Of a DNA stretch of 64,000 bases, positions 48,470 through 57,443 are shown piece by piece. Below the pieces are notes generated by a model. That model saw nothing but the letters and a program-made list of their open reading frames with translations. It ran no database searches and had not been told where the DNA came from. Source of the DNA: an uncultured Chitinophagaceae bacterium (GTDB lineage Bacteria > Planctomycetota > Planctomycetia > Pirellulales > UBA1268); contig CAZRKH010000082.1 in NCBI GenBank assembly GCA_964600785.1, positions 8,858 through 72,857 of the forward strand, in the 5' to 3' direction. Numbering within the stretch: the stretch's first letter is position 1; each line of letters begins with the position of its first letter. Both the position numbers and the translations under genes were made by a program.

Positions 48470-49867
48470 ATGGAACGGATTACGGATGGTCGAGAACGGT
48501 GGCGGGCTCAGCGGCGATGGACTCCGCGGATTTTTGTCGATTGCACGCAGTCGCTCGAGTGCCGTGTGCGGCAGGGGATTCCCCGGGTCGTTCGCGAGCT
48601 GGTGCGGCAGGGGCGGCCGGCTGCGCGTCGTCTCGGTGCCGAACTCGTCGCGGTGCGATGGCATGCCGGCAGGTTTTTCCCGGTGGGTCTGCGGGGTGAC
48701 ACGCTGCCGTCGCGATCGTCTCGGGGGGATTGCTCGCTGGGAGAACGGGCGTGCCGGCGGCTTCGTAAGGCCACGCCGCGGAAGCTTCGCCGAATCATGG
48801 GGAAGGCGGTAGAGATCGGGGCGGCGGCGTTGCGACGGGAGATCAGGCCCACGGCCGGTGACATTCTGCTGCTGCCCGACTCCACCTGGGACCGCCCGAT
48901 CTGGGAGGCGGTCGACCGGGCCCGTGACGCCGGTGCGAGCCTGGGGGTGCTCCAGCACGATTTCATCCCGCTAAATCACCCTGAGCTGGTGCCTGAGGAG
49001 ACTGTCGGCCGCTTCGCGACCTGGATGAACGAGTCGCTCTCACGGGCTGATTTTCTGCTCGCGGTGTCGCAGACGATCGCGGAGGAGGCCCGCGCGGAAC
49101 TGCTCAAGCTCGGCCGCGGCCACGTCGCCGCCAAGCGTGTCACCGTCTGCCCCAATGGAGCCGATTTTCACACCTGCTCCCCACGGTCAGGGCTGCGGCC
49201 ACAGGTGCTCGCAGCCCTCGCACGGGGCCGGCCTTTCCTCGTCGTGGGCACGGTCGAGCCGCGGAAAAATCAGGGCCTGCTCGTCGATGCGATCGACCGG
49301 GTGCTCGCCGACTGCCCCGATGCCAGCTTCCTGGTGGTGGGAGCGGTCGGCTGGCGTGGGGAGGAGATCGTACGAAGCATGCGGTCACACGCCGCCTGGG
49401 GCCGGTCGCTTCTGCACCATGACGACTTCAGCGACTACGAACTCGACGCGGCCTACCGGCATGCCAGGGCGGTCGTGGTGCCGTCGCTCGCCGAGGGCTA
49501 CGGGCTGCCTGTCGTGGAGGCGCTTGCCCGCAACACGCCCGTGATTGCCTCTGACCTGCCCGTGCTGCGGGAGGTTGGCGGGAATCGCTGCGACTACTTC
49601 GACCCCCACGACCCGGCAAGCCTCGCGGAGCGGTTGCTCGGCCTCGTTCACCGGCCCCGACCGGTCGCGGCCCCCGATCCGACCGCGGCGATGCCGACCT
49701 GGCGGCGAATGGCCCGCCGAGTCGTGGTGGCCGCCGCGGCGGAGGCGGCTGCGGCGCGGCGTGAGGCGACCGCCCGGAGGAAGGTGTCCGACCGGCCGGA
49801 CCGCGAACAACGCGGGGTTTTCCCGCTGCGGGTGAGCGTGGCTTGCCCCGCGCGTCGCGCCGCGTGA
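48470..49867 (+). CDS. GT4-family glycosyltransferase
   Basis: HDFIP, VGTVEPRKN, PSLAEGYGLPVVEAL. Confidence 0.9.
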   Translation: MERITDGRERWRAQRRWTPRIFVDCTQSLECRVRQGIPRVVRELVRQGRPAARRLGAELVAVRWHAGRFFPVGLRGDTLPSRSSRGDCSLGERACRRLRKATPRKLRRIMGKAVEIGAAALRREIRPTAGDILLLPDSTWDRPIWEAVDRARDAGASLGVLQHDFIPLNHPELVPEETVGRFATWMNESLSRADFLLAVSQTIAEEARAELLKLGRGHVAAKRVTVCPNGADFHTCSPRSGLRPQVLAALARGRPFLVVGTVEPRKNQGLLVDAIDRVLADCPDASFLVVGAVGWRGEEIVRSMRSHAAWGRSLLHHDDFSDYELDAAYRHARAVVVPSLAEGYGLPVVEALARNTPVIASDLPVLREVGGNRCDYFDPHDPASLAERLLGLVHRPRPVAAPDPTAAMPTWRRMARRVVVAAAAEAAAARREATARRKVSDRPDREQRGVFPLRVSVACPARRAA

Positions 49868-49913
49868 ATCTTGGTTGTCACGGGGCGGTCAGCCGGGCGC
49901 GGGCCCGAGCGAC

Positions 49914-50037
49914 GGCTCCGAGATTGTTTCGGAAGACGGATTGTCGGGTCGCCCGCCTGCGGAGCCCCGACACGACGTAGGCCGGCGTGAGACGTTCTCC
50001 CCACTGGGGCGGGCTCTTGCGGCGGCCTTTTTTGTTG
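49914..50037 (+). promoter_or_regulatory. Candidate attenuator/riboswitch leader RNA, copy B
   Basis: CTCC..CGGAAGACG (49930-49938)...CGTAGGCCGGCGTGAG...CGGCCTTTTTTGTTG. Confidence 0.75.
49979..50033 (+). terminator. Intrinsic terminator in the leader of the PEP-CTERM gene
   Basis: AGGCCG/CGGCCT, CGTGAGA/TCTTGCG and CCCC/GGGG stems followed by U6. Confidence 0.8.
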
Positions 50038-50144
50038 CGCGGTTGTCGCGTGGTCCCAGGGCCGGGCCGCGTGGATTGGGCAGGGATCGTCAATGTTCAC
50101 TCATGTTCTCAAAAGCCGTCTGCGGACGGCCCCGGAGGTGTCTC

Positions 50145-50900
50145 ATGAGTTTCAGCGATCTCGTCGATTGTCTCATAAGCCGGCGTCGGCCTGTTGGCCG
50201 CTTCGGCCGAGCCGTGGCTTTTCTCGCCAGCCTGCTCTGCGTCTTGTCATGTGCCTGGCGGGCCGGCCAGGCGATCGCCGCTCCGGTGTTCACCGTCACC
50301 GGCGGCACCACGGTGCTCACGTCGCTGGAAACCTTTCTCTGGGTGACTCCTCGTTTCAACGGGGATGTTCTGCTCTGGGAGCAGGGCGTGATCGGTCTCT
50401 TGGAGCCGGGCAAGGTCTCAATCGAGTATGTCGGGAAGGAAGCCTTCTATGCCGACAACATCTTCCGCTGGGACGGGATTGACATCTTCTCCACCGGTCC
50501 CTCGTCGCCGTTGATCGCAGGCCAGACGGCGGCCACGCCCTTCCCGCCGTTGCCGCTGGCGACCTACGAGGTGCCGGGCGTCGTGCCGGCCGGGCCGCTG
50601 CCGCTGAGCTTCTTCATTTCGGAAACCTCCAAGGCGGTGCCCAATGACGGCAACCCCGACATCGCCTACTGGCCGCTCCCCACCGACATCAGCAGCAATC
50701 CCTACGACCTCGGCTCGGTGGTCTACGTGATGCTCGATGATGCAGACCCGGTCGATACCGACCACGACGACATGATCGTCCAGCTCTCGGTGGTCACGCC
50801 GCCGGTGCCCGAGCCGAGGTCACTTGGCCTGGCCGTGGTGGGAATCCTGCCGCTCGCCGGCTGGATGCTCCACCGACGGCGGGGCCGGCTCAGCGGTTGA
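50145..50900 (+). CDS. PEP-CTERM exosortase-sorted surface protein
   Basis: Signal peptide; C-terminal VPEP + TM + RRRGR; DDADPVDTDHDDMIV acidic motif; start 50103 or 50145. Confidence 0.85.
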   Translation: MSFSDLVDCLISRRRPVGRFGRAVAFLASLLCVLSCAWRAGQAIAAPVFTVTGGTTVLTSLETFLWVTPRFNGDVLLWEQGVIGLLEPGKVSIEYVGKEAFYADNIFRWDGIDIFSTGPSSPLIAGQTAATPFPPLPLATYEVPGVVPAGPLPLSFFISETSKAVPNDGNPDIAYWPLPTDISSNPYDLGSVVYVMLDDADPVDTDHDDMIVQLSVVTPPVPEPRSLGLAVVGILPLAGWMLHRRRGRLSG

Positions 50901-52023
50901 CATGCGCGACCTTCGCCGGCGGGAAGCCGTTGAACCAGGTCGAGCTGGCCGCCGAATAGGCGCCGATATTCTCGCTGTAGAGATAGTCGTCGAGTTGGAG
51001 ATCGGGCAGCGGCTCGGCTAGGCCGATCGTGTCGAGGGCGTCGCAGGTCGGCCCGAACACGGCCGAGGGCTCGGTGGCCCCTCGCTTGAAGCTTTTCACC
51101 GGGTAGTTGCAATGGTCGAAAATCACGCCGGAATAGGTGTGGTAGACGCCGTCGTCGATGTAGTAGCACCGCTTCCCTTCGCGAACCGCTTTCCCGATGA
51201 TCTTCGAGACCGCCGTGCCGGCTGATGCCACGAGGAACCGGCCCGGCTCGGCGAGGATTTCGATCTCCGGCGGAAAGAGCCGGTCGAGCTCGTGATTGAT
51301 CCGCCCGGCCAGCTCCGCAAACTTCGGCACGCTGGCGTCGTAGGCCGCGGGAAAGCCGCCGCCGATGTCGAGCAGCTCGAGTGAAAAGCCGCGCGACTTC
51401 GCCTCGGCGAAGATGCCGGCCGAGAGATGGATCGCCTGGATGAAGTTTTCAGGGTTTGTGCATTGGCTGCCGACGTGAAAGGAAAGCCCCTCCACCGTGA
51501 GCCCCTGCTCGTGGGCGAAGGCGATCAGGTCGACCGCCTCCCCCGGCAGGGCGCCGAACTTGCTCGAGAGTTCGACCATTGACCCGGTGTTGGGCACCCG
51601 CAGCCGCAGGGCAAGGCCGGCATGCGGCGCGTGGCGGGCGATCTTCCGGACCTCCTCCGCGTTGTCGTAGGTGACCAGCGGCTTGTAGCGGTCGAGTTCC
51701 CGGAGGGTCTCCACCGGCTTGATCGGGTTGGCGTAGATGATCTTGTCCCAGATGAAGTCCTGCCGTTGCTTCGCCGGGAGGTGTTCGATGAAACGGTGGA
51801 CGGTGTGGAACTCCTCCATGCTCGCCACATCAAAGCTGCCGCCGAGTTCGTAGAAGGTCTGCACGATCGCTGCGTCGGAGTTGACCTTGACCGCGTAGTA
51901 GGCCTGCACGCGGGGAAAGTGCCGCCGGAAGAGCCGGTAGTTTTTCCGCAGTTCGGCGTGATCGACGACAAACAGCGGCGTGCCGTGTTCGCGGGCGAGG
52001 GCGAGGAGCGTTTTCTTGTTCAT
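50890..52023 (-). CDS. Ornithine decarboxylase (fold-type III PLP enzyme)
   Basis: YAVK, FDVAS, SFHVGSQ, LDIGGGF, EPGRF, GPTCD. Confidence 0.9.
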   Translation of the reverse strand: MNKKTLLALAREHGTPLFVVDHAELRKNYRLFRRHFPRVQAYYAVKVNSDAAIVQTFYELGGSFDVASMEEFHTVHRFIEHLPAKQRQDFIWDKIIYANPIKPVETLRELDRYKPLVTYDNAEEVRKIARHAPHAGLALRLRVPNTGSMVELSSKFGALPGEAVDLIAFAHEQGLTVEGLSFHVGSQCTNPENFIQAIHLSAGIFAEAKSRGFSLELLDIGGGFPAAYDASVPKFAELAGRINHELDRLFPPEIEILAEPGRFLVASAGTAVSKIIGKAVREGKRCYYIDDGVYHTYSGVIFDHCNYPVKSFKRGATEPSAVFGPTCDALDTIGLAEPLPDLQLDDYLYSENIGAYSAASSTWFNGFPPAKVAHVNR

Positions 52024-52093
52024 GACGGAGAATTCTAGCTGCTCGTGGAAAAAGCCCTCCTGGTCCTTCTCCGGAATTTCCCAGCCAGTCCGG

Positions 52094-53554
52094 TCAGTCG
52101 TCGCCGTCGGTGATCAGGAAATTCTTGAACTGCCAGGGATCCCCGAGATCGAACGAGGGGGCCGCGTAGCCCGGGAAGGCCGAGCGGCAGCCCTCCAGAG
52201 GCGTCCAGTCGCTGGCGGTCGAGATGAACTTCCCGAGGTAGGGCTTGGCGATCTCGAGCACGTAGTCGTGGGGCAGGTCGTCGGGCACCAACAGGCCGCG
52301 GTCGGGGTGCTCGATCATCCACATGCAGCAGGCCACCACCGAGATCGCCACCTGCATCGTGGTCGCATTCTGATGGGGTACCAGCCGCCGCGACTCCTCG
52401 ATCGAAAGATCGGATCCGCACCACCAGCTCGTCAGCGGATGGCCCATGATCAGGGCCCCGAGGATGTCGGAGCCGCTGATGATGTCGTCGTACATGATCC
52501 GCTCCCGCGGCGGCATCTTGTAGTCGTAGCCACGCAGTTCGTGGAGCGAGGCGATCGCCGCATCGCAGGGGCAGTAGGCATAGTGCATCGTTGGCCGGTA
52601 GACCGCTCGGCCCTGCTCCCAGACCGTGAGATGGTCGGTGATCGTGAAGGCCTCGCCGTGGCGAACCACCATGCCCAGGATCGGGTAGTCGGGCACCCAG
52701 CTCGAGACGAGGGTGTTGATCCCCATCCTTGCCAGACAGATCTGGTTGCGAGGGCCCGACTCATGCTCGTAGGCGAGCGGCGGCAGCTCTTTTTCGTGGG
52801 TTCCCCAGCCGAGCTCGGCGGTGGTCGTGCCCTCCTCGCGGAAGCCCTCCACGCTCCAGGTGTTGACGAACTCGTCGACCTCCTTGGGACGGTTGGAGAT
52901 CTGGGTGTCGCGTTCACTGCAGTGAATCACCTTCACTCCCAGCTCGCAGGCAAGGTGGTTGAAGCTGCGACTGGCGGCATGGGCGGCGATCCGTTCGGCC
53001 GCCTCGCCGCTGACCTTCTTTTCGGCCAGGCAGGCCTCGGCAATGTCGAGCAGGCCCTGCTTGGTGAAGTGGCTGATCAGACCGGGGTTGGCCCCGTGCT
53101 CCACCACGCAGGTCGCCCCGGGGATCTCCCAGCTCTCGCGGAGCTTCCGCAGGGCCATGTGTCGCCAGTAGAGCGTGAGGTGGGAGGGATGGGTGTCTGG
53201 CGGGTGGTTGTAGGGATCCCAGAGTTCGACCGAGGTGTTGATGTACATCACGCCGTGGTCGTGGCACCAGGCGATGATCTCGCAGGCGTCGATATTCCAG
53301 GCGAGGTCGATCACGAGATCACCGGCGGAAACCTGCCGGGAGAGAATCGAATCGAGGCTCGCGGGGGTGATCTTGTCTTCGAGGAAGTTCACCCCGCGTT
53401 CGATCCAGGGGGCCAGGGCCGGTCGGTCAGGCTTGAAGTCGATGATCGCGACGCGGGCCGGATCGATGCGAATATGGTCGAGCAGGATGGGGAGGGTGCA
53501 GCGGGCGACGGAGCCGAAGCCAATGAGAAAAATACGGTGGTCGTAGGTGAGCAT
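52094..53554 (-). CDS. hss: Homospermidine synthase
   Basis: IGFGSV, GANPGLIS, FVNTWSVEG, YRPTMHYAY, NATTMQV. Confidence 0.92.
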   Translation of the reverse strand: MLTYDHRIFLIGFGSVARCTLPILLDHIRIDPARVAIIDFKPDRPALAPWIERGVNFLEDKITPASLDSILSRQVSAGDLVIDLAWNIDACEIIAWCHDHGVMYINTSVELWDPYNHPPDTHPSHLTLYWRHMALRKLRESWEIPGATCVVEHGANPGLISHFTKQGLLDIAEACLAEKKVSGEAAERIAAHAASRSFNHLACELGVKVIHCSERDTQISNRPKEVDEFVNTWSVEGFREEGTTTAELGWGTHEKELPPLAYEHESGPRNQICLARMGINTLVSSWVPDYPILGMVVRHGEAFTITDHLTVWEQGRAVYRPTMHYAYCPCDAAIASLHELRGYDYKMPPRERIMYDDIISGSDILGALIMGHPLTSWWCGSDLSIEESRRLVPHQNATTMQVAISVVACCMWMIEHPDRGLLVPDDLPHDYVLEIAKPYLGKFISTASDWTPLEGCRSAFPGYAAPSFDLGDPWQFKNFLITDGDD

Positions 53555-53744
53555 CAGGCCTGCTTGCCGGGGAGAGGAGCGGGGGCGGCCGCGGGAGAGA
53601 CGCGGCTGAAACGAGCCCGAACCTTCGGGCAAGAACGGAAGTATATCGGTCTGTGTCGGCGGTTCCACCGCGGCGGCTGCGGTGTGGTATTGTGCCGCGT
53701 CGGGCGATCGGAGCCTTGGCGGACAAAAGCCGGGATTTGCAGCG

Positions 53745-54125
53745 ATGTCGGGCATCACCCATTGGATTTGGCTGGCGGCGGCGGGAGCCGTCGGTGTGCT
53801 CTGCCGTGCCGGGGTGACGGCGGGAATGGTGCGGCTGTGCGGCGAGGCCTTCCCCTGGGGGCTGACGGCGGTCAATCTGGCCGGGTCGCTCGCCTTCGGG
53901 CTGATCGTGGCGGCCACACCGCTGCCCGGTGGTCTTCCGGAGGGCTTCGAGAAGATCCTGCTGGTGGGGCTGCTCGGCGGCTTCACTACCTTCTCGAGCT
54001 TCGCCTTCGACGCGGTGCGGCTCTTCGAGATGGGCCGTCCGGCAGCGGCCCTGGCGCTCGTGGCGGCCAACAATCTCGGCGGGTTTGCCGCCGCCTGGGC
54101 CGGCCTGCGGCTGGGGGGTGGGTAG
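53745..54125 (+). CDS. crcB: Fluoride channel CrcB/Fluc
   Basis: GAVGVLCR, FPWG..AVNLAGS, GLLGGFTTFSSF. Confidence 0.9.
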   Translation: MSGITHWIWLAAAGAVGVLCRAGVTAGMVRLCGEAFPWGLTAVNLAGSLAFGLIVAATPLPGGLPEGFEKILLVGLLGGFTTFSSFAFDAVRLFEMGRPAAALALVAANNLGGFAAAWAGLRLGGG

Positions 54126-54169
54126 CGTTGTTTCCCCTGCGCGACGAATCTCGGCGGTAACCCTGCCGG

Positions 54170-56572
54170 TCAGCTCCCGAGATCGAGCGTGATCAGTTTT
54201 GGCCGATCGGTGGCTGCCTTGATCTCCGCGATCGCCGCCGAGGTTTCCTCGGCCTTCTGCAGACTCAGTCGCCGGGGAAAGTTGCGTTCCTCGTTCTCGA
54301 AGTAGCTGACCGCCTCCTCGAGCAGCGGAATCGCCCGCTGGGCGTGGCTGCCGTAGCTCTCGAGCAGCGCCAGGATGGTGGTGATCCGCTTCTGGCTGCC
54401 ATGCGGCTTCTGGTTTTGCAGGTAGCGGGCGAGCAATTCGATGCCCTCGCTGACGTGGTGCCTGGCGAAGAGTTCCAGCCCCGCGGTCTGAATCTGGTCG
54501 CAAAACATGATGCCGCTGGGGGCCGGGCTGATGATCGCCTCGTGGATTGCCGGCAGCAGTGGCTCGATTTCCTTGAACGAAAGGTTGTGGTAGACGCTGG
54601 TGAACGAGCCACGGGCCCGGCCGTCCTGGTTGCGGAGGCCCGCGCGAACCGCCGTGACGAGCAGATCCCTGTCGACCCCCTCGAGCGAATTGCCGAGCAG
54701 CCCGCCGCGACGGTTGAAGACGGCGAAGGAGAGATAGCGTTGTTCCATGCCCCGCGGATCGTCCTCGGTCGGGCCGACGGCGAGCCTCTCGAGCAGCTCG
54801 GGCACCGCAACCATCGCCGGCTGGCCGATTGCCGCGAGCGCATCGGCGGCTTTGACCCGCAGCCACAAGTGATCCGAATGCAGCGTCTCGCGGAGCTTCG
54901 GCACCGCTTTTGCAGCGCGTCCGCGGAGCTGCGCGATCGCCTGGCAGCCCCCGATGCGAGCCTCGAGGGCCGGGTCCTCGAGCAGTTTGATCAGCGGCTC
55001 GGCCGGGAAAGTCTTCCGTCGGCCGATCGCCATGGCGGCCCGCTCGCGGACGACCGGCGACCAGCTGCCAAGCCGTCTCAGCAGTTCATCGGTCTCGAGC
55101 CGGTCGTAGTCGGAGTTGCGGTCGTTGTTGCTCCAGCCGCGGCCGTCGTGGACGACCTGCCGCGCCGCCTCGGCATCGAGCTGCGGGGCCACCGAGGGTT
55201 TCCTGCCGGTCAGTCGGATCGCCTCGAGCGGCATGCCATAGGCGATGAGATAGCTGCCGGTGGCGTCCCACTCGTGGTAGGCATCGGGCCGGGCCTGCGG
55301 CGGGCCCTGGTGGTGAAAGCTGCCGTCGTGGCCGCGGGCGAGGTCGAAATACCAGCTCCCAAACTCCCGCATCCACTCACCGGTCGCATGAGGCCCGCAT
55401 CGCGACACGCCGGGCATCGCCCAGGTGATGTTGAAGAAGTTGCCGGTGTGCCCGGTGTCGCGTTCGCTGCCGTGGGAGGCGGCACTCATCCTGGCGAAAA
55501 ACCCGGCCGCGTCCTGTTCGTCAAGCTGGTCGAAGAGCACCGCCGCCATGCCGCACTTGCCGTTGTCTTCGTGGGTCTGCATCCACGGGTGGTGGTCGCC
55601 GTAGGGCACCGCGCCCTTGCCGACGTAGAACCGCAAGAGCCTGCTGCTGCGGTCGATCGCCTCGGCGACCTCGGGGTCATCGACCCCGGCCTCGCGGGCC
55701 AGCACCAGCCCGATTGTGAGCACGGCACCCGGCGAGTTCATCATGCCGTAGCCGAGGAGGCGGCCATCCGGTCCGGCAAACTTGTGGCCCCAGGAGCCGA
55801 CAATGCTCTGTCCTTCCGCCGCCTCCAGTGCGATTCGCCGCAGGCCTGGCAGCACCGAGTCGTCGCCGGTGGCCATGACGTATTCCGAGAGAAAGACGGC
55901 GACGTAGCCATACCACCAGGTAGCCATCGCGTCGGCCGAGAAGTCGGCGGCCCACTCCGCTTCCCGCTTCACGATCGGGTGGTATTTCGCCTCACCGCTG
56001 GCCAGCAGCCCGAGGGCATTGAGCGAGCGGGTGATCGCGTTGCCGCGGTACGACGGCCGGGCCATCCGGCCAGCCAGCCTCTCGCAGCCGAGTGAGAAGA
56101 TTTTCTTCGACTTCTCGCAGGCGTAGGGGGCGGTGCTGCTGTAGCTGCCGAGTACCGGTAGTGAGATCGTCACGTTCGAGGTTGTCCCGTCCCGCCAGCG
56201 GATCACGCCGAGCCTGCCATCGGTGACCTCGGCGGCGGTCAGTGCCTTGCCAAAGGCGGTCCTCGGGTCAGTGGCAAACGGTGTGCCGCCAACCCCGAGG
56301 ATCACGTCACCTGTTTTCAGCAGCCCGTCGGCCGGCGAACCCTGCGCCACCTGCGTGATAAAGATTTGGCGGGCTTGGGAGGTTTCCATGTTGCGGAAAT
56401 AGATCCATCCGCGGGCCCCCGTTGCACCGAGGTTCCAATCTTTGGCGGCCCGCTCGGGGATTGCTCCGCCGGCGGTAAAGTCCGGGTTTGGGAGAGGCTC
56501 CGCCCCCGTGGCAACCAGCGAGCCCGCGGCAACCACCGCGGCAGCGAGCATTGAGTGGAAAAACGGATTCAC
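54170..56572 (-). CDS. Secreted DUF6288-type protein with a PDZ domain, alpha-helical core and HEAT repeats
   Basis: WNLGATGARGW, GSPADGLLKTGDVILGV (PDZ), HEDNGK, HTGNFF, C-terminal HEAT-like repeats. Confidence 0.7.
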   Translation of the reverse strand: MNPFFHSMLAAAVVAAGSLVATGAEPLPNPDFTAGGAIPERAAKDWNLGATGARGWIYFRNMETSQARQIFITQVAQGSPADGLLKTGDVILGVGGTPFATDPRTAFGKALTAAEVTDGRLGVIRWRDGTTSNVTISLPVLGSYSSTAPYACEKSKKIFSLGCERLAGRMARPSYRGNAITRSLNALGLLASGEAKYHPIVKREAEWAADFSADAMATWWYGYVAVFLSEYVMATGDDSVLPGLRRIALEAAEGQSIVGSWGHKFAGPDGRLLGYGMMNSPGAVLTIGLVLAREAGVDDPEVAEAIDRSSRLLRFYVGKGAVPYGDHHPWMQTHEDNGKCGMAAVLFDQLDEQDAAGFFARMSAASHGSERDTGHTGNFFNITWAMPGVSRCGPHATGEWMREFGSWYFDLARGHDGSFHHQGPPQARPDAYHEWDATGSYLIAYGMPLEAIRLTGRKPSVAPQLDAEAARQVVHDGRGWSNNDRNSDYDRLETDELLRRLGSWSPVVRERAAMAIGRRKTFPAEPLIKLLEDPALEARIGGCQAIAQLRGRAAKAVPKLRETLHSDHLWLRVKAADALAAIGQPAMVAVPELLERLAVGPTEDDPRGMEQRYLSFAVFNRRGGLLGNSLEGVDRDLLVTAVRAGLRNQDGRARGSFTSVYHNLSFKEIEPLLPAIHEAIISPAPSGIMFCDQIQTAGLELFARHHVSEGIELLARYLQNQKPHGSQKRITTILALLESYGSHAQRAIPLLEEAVSYFENEERNFPRRLSLQKAEETSAAIAEIKAATDRPKLITLDLGS

Positions 56573-56610
56573 AGCGAGGGAATTCCCGGGAAGCAGAAAC
56601 GGTTGAAGAT

Positions 56611-56702
56611 AGCCCGTCCAATGGCACCACCGCAAATGTCCCCGAACTGATGGGCGGCTCGTGAGCGGTGTGCTCCAGTCTCCTGGGTGCGCACCAGGCC
56701 TT
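56611..56702 (-). repeat. 92-bp direct repeat, copy 1 (putative IS91-like element end)
   Basis: Matches 58609-58700 with 6 mismatches by manual alignment. Confidence 0.9.
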
Positions 56703-56759
56703 CGCCCGCTTGCGAACCTCCGGTTCGAAGCGGGCCGGCTCCAGCCGGCCGTCTCCTCT

Positions 56760-56900
56760 CAGATGGATGCCACCGCCGCATGCTGGGCACTCGAGCGGGA
56801 ACTCCTCGCCTACCCGGGCCGTCAGTTTCGCCCAGGTCATCCGGGAGGTGTCGTGCGAGCGGGGTTTTGCGTGAGTGTCGCAGCAGCCATCCGTGGGTTG
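56760..56900 (-). mobile_element. IS91/ISCR-like (Y2) transposase fragment
   Basis: DGCCDTHAKPRSHDTSRMTWAKLTARVGEEFPLECPACGG: W-A-x-L...CPxCGG C-terminal region typical of this family. Confidence 0.7.
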
Positions 56901-56946
56901 TCCGCTAACGGCCCCGTCGACAGTCTCCCCGCCGGTGGCAGCCTAA

Positions 56947-57423
56947 TCACCCGCCCCAAGCGGCGGCGACTATGGGACAATCTTGCTTGTTCAGATCACA
57001 GTCAAACTTCAGCGGTTTTGCCCCTGCGGGAACGGTCAGTTCGATGGTGCTGCCGGCAGGATCCCGGTACTCGTCGGGAACGTGGTTTTTGGGCTGTGGA
57101 CCTTCTGCGGTTGGCGGTCGTTCCCAGCAGTCGAATGCCACTTTGTAGCGACCCGGCATCAGTCCATCCCCTTCCTCCCAGGTGGTCGCCGAGAAGTAGC
57201 CTTCCTCGTCGAACGTGCCCCTGCCAGGCCGCTGAGGAAAGCCCTCGGCCGCTTCCAACGGCGCGAAGTAAACAACGCCGGATTTTGGAAGCGGCTGGCC
57301 GTTGAAGGTGACCCGGCCACTGACGCGGACCGTCTCCGGGCGTTGCGTTCCGCATCCACCCGCCGAAACTGCAGCAACCAGCAGCAGCACGCCGGGGGGG
57401 GTGATTCTCGTGAGGCAGAACAT
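56947..57423 (-). CDS. Lipoprotein with a carboxypeptidase-regulatory-like domain (usual DUF1559 partner)
   Basis: AGGCG lipobox, VSGRVTFNGQPL, GLMPGRYKV, VPDEY. Confidence 0.85.
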   Translation of the reverse strand: MFCLTRITPPGVLLLVAAVSAGGCGTQRPETVRVSGRVTFNGQPLPKSGVVYFAPLEAAEGFPQRPGRGTFDEEGYFSATTWEEGDGLMPGRYKVAFDCWERPPTAEGPQPKNHVPDEYRDPAGSTIELTVPAGAKPLKFDCDLNKQDCPIVAAAWGG

Positions 57424-57443
57424 GGGCTGATCGGCTGATGGGG

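Noticed and set aside
49875-50144. ORF-track N-terminal extensions of the PEP-CTERM gene (and of 35311-35925 and 54170-56635)
   Set aside because: They run through terminator or repeat sequence; downstream starts give better signal peptides or domain boundaries
53700-53745. Fluoride riboswitch upstream of crcB (GGCGATCGGAG)
   Set aside because: The 5' resemblance is partial and the downstream CTRATG..CCT pseudoknot partner is absent
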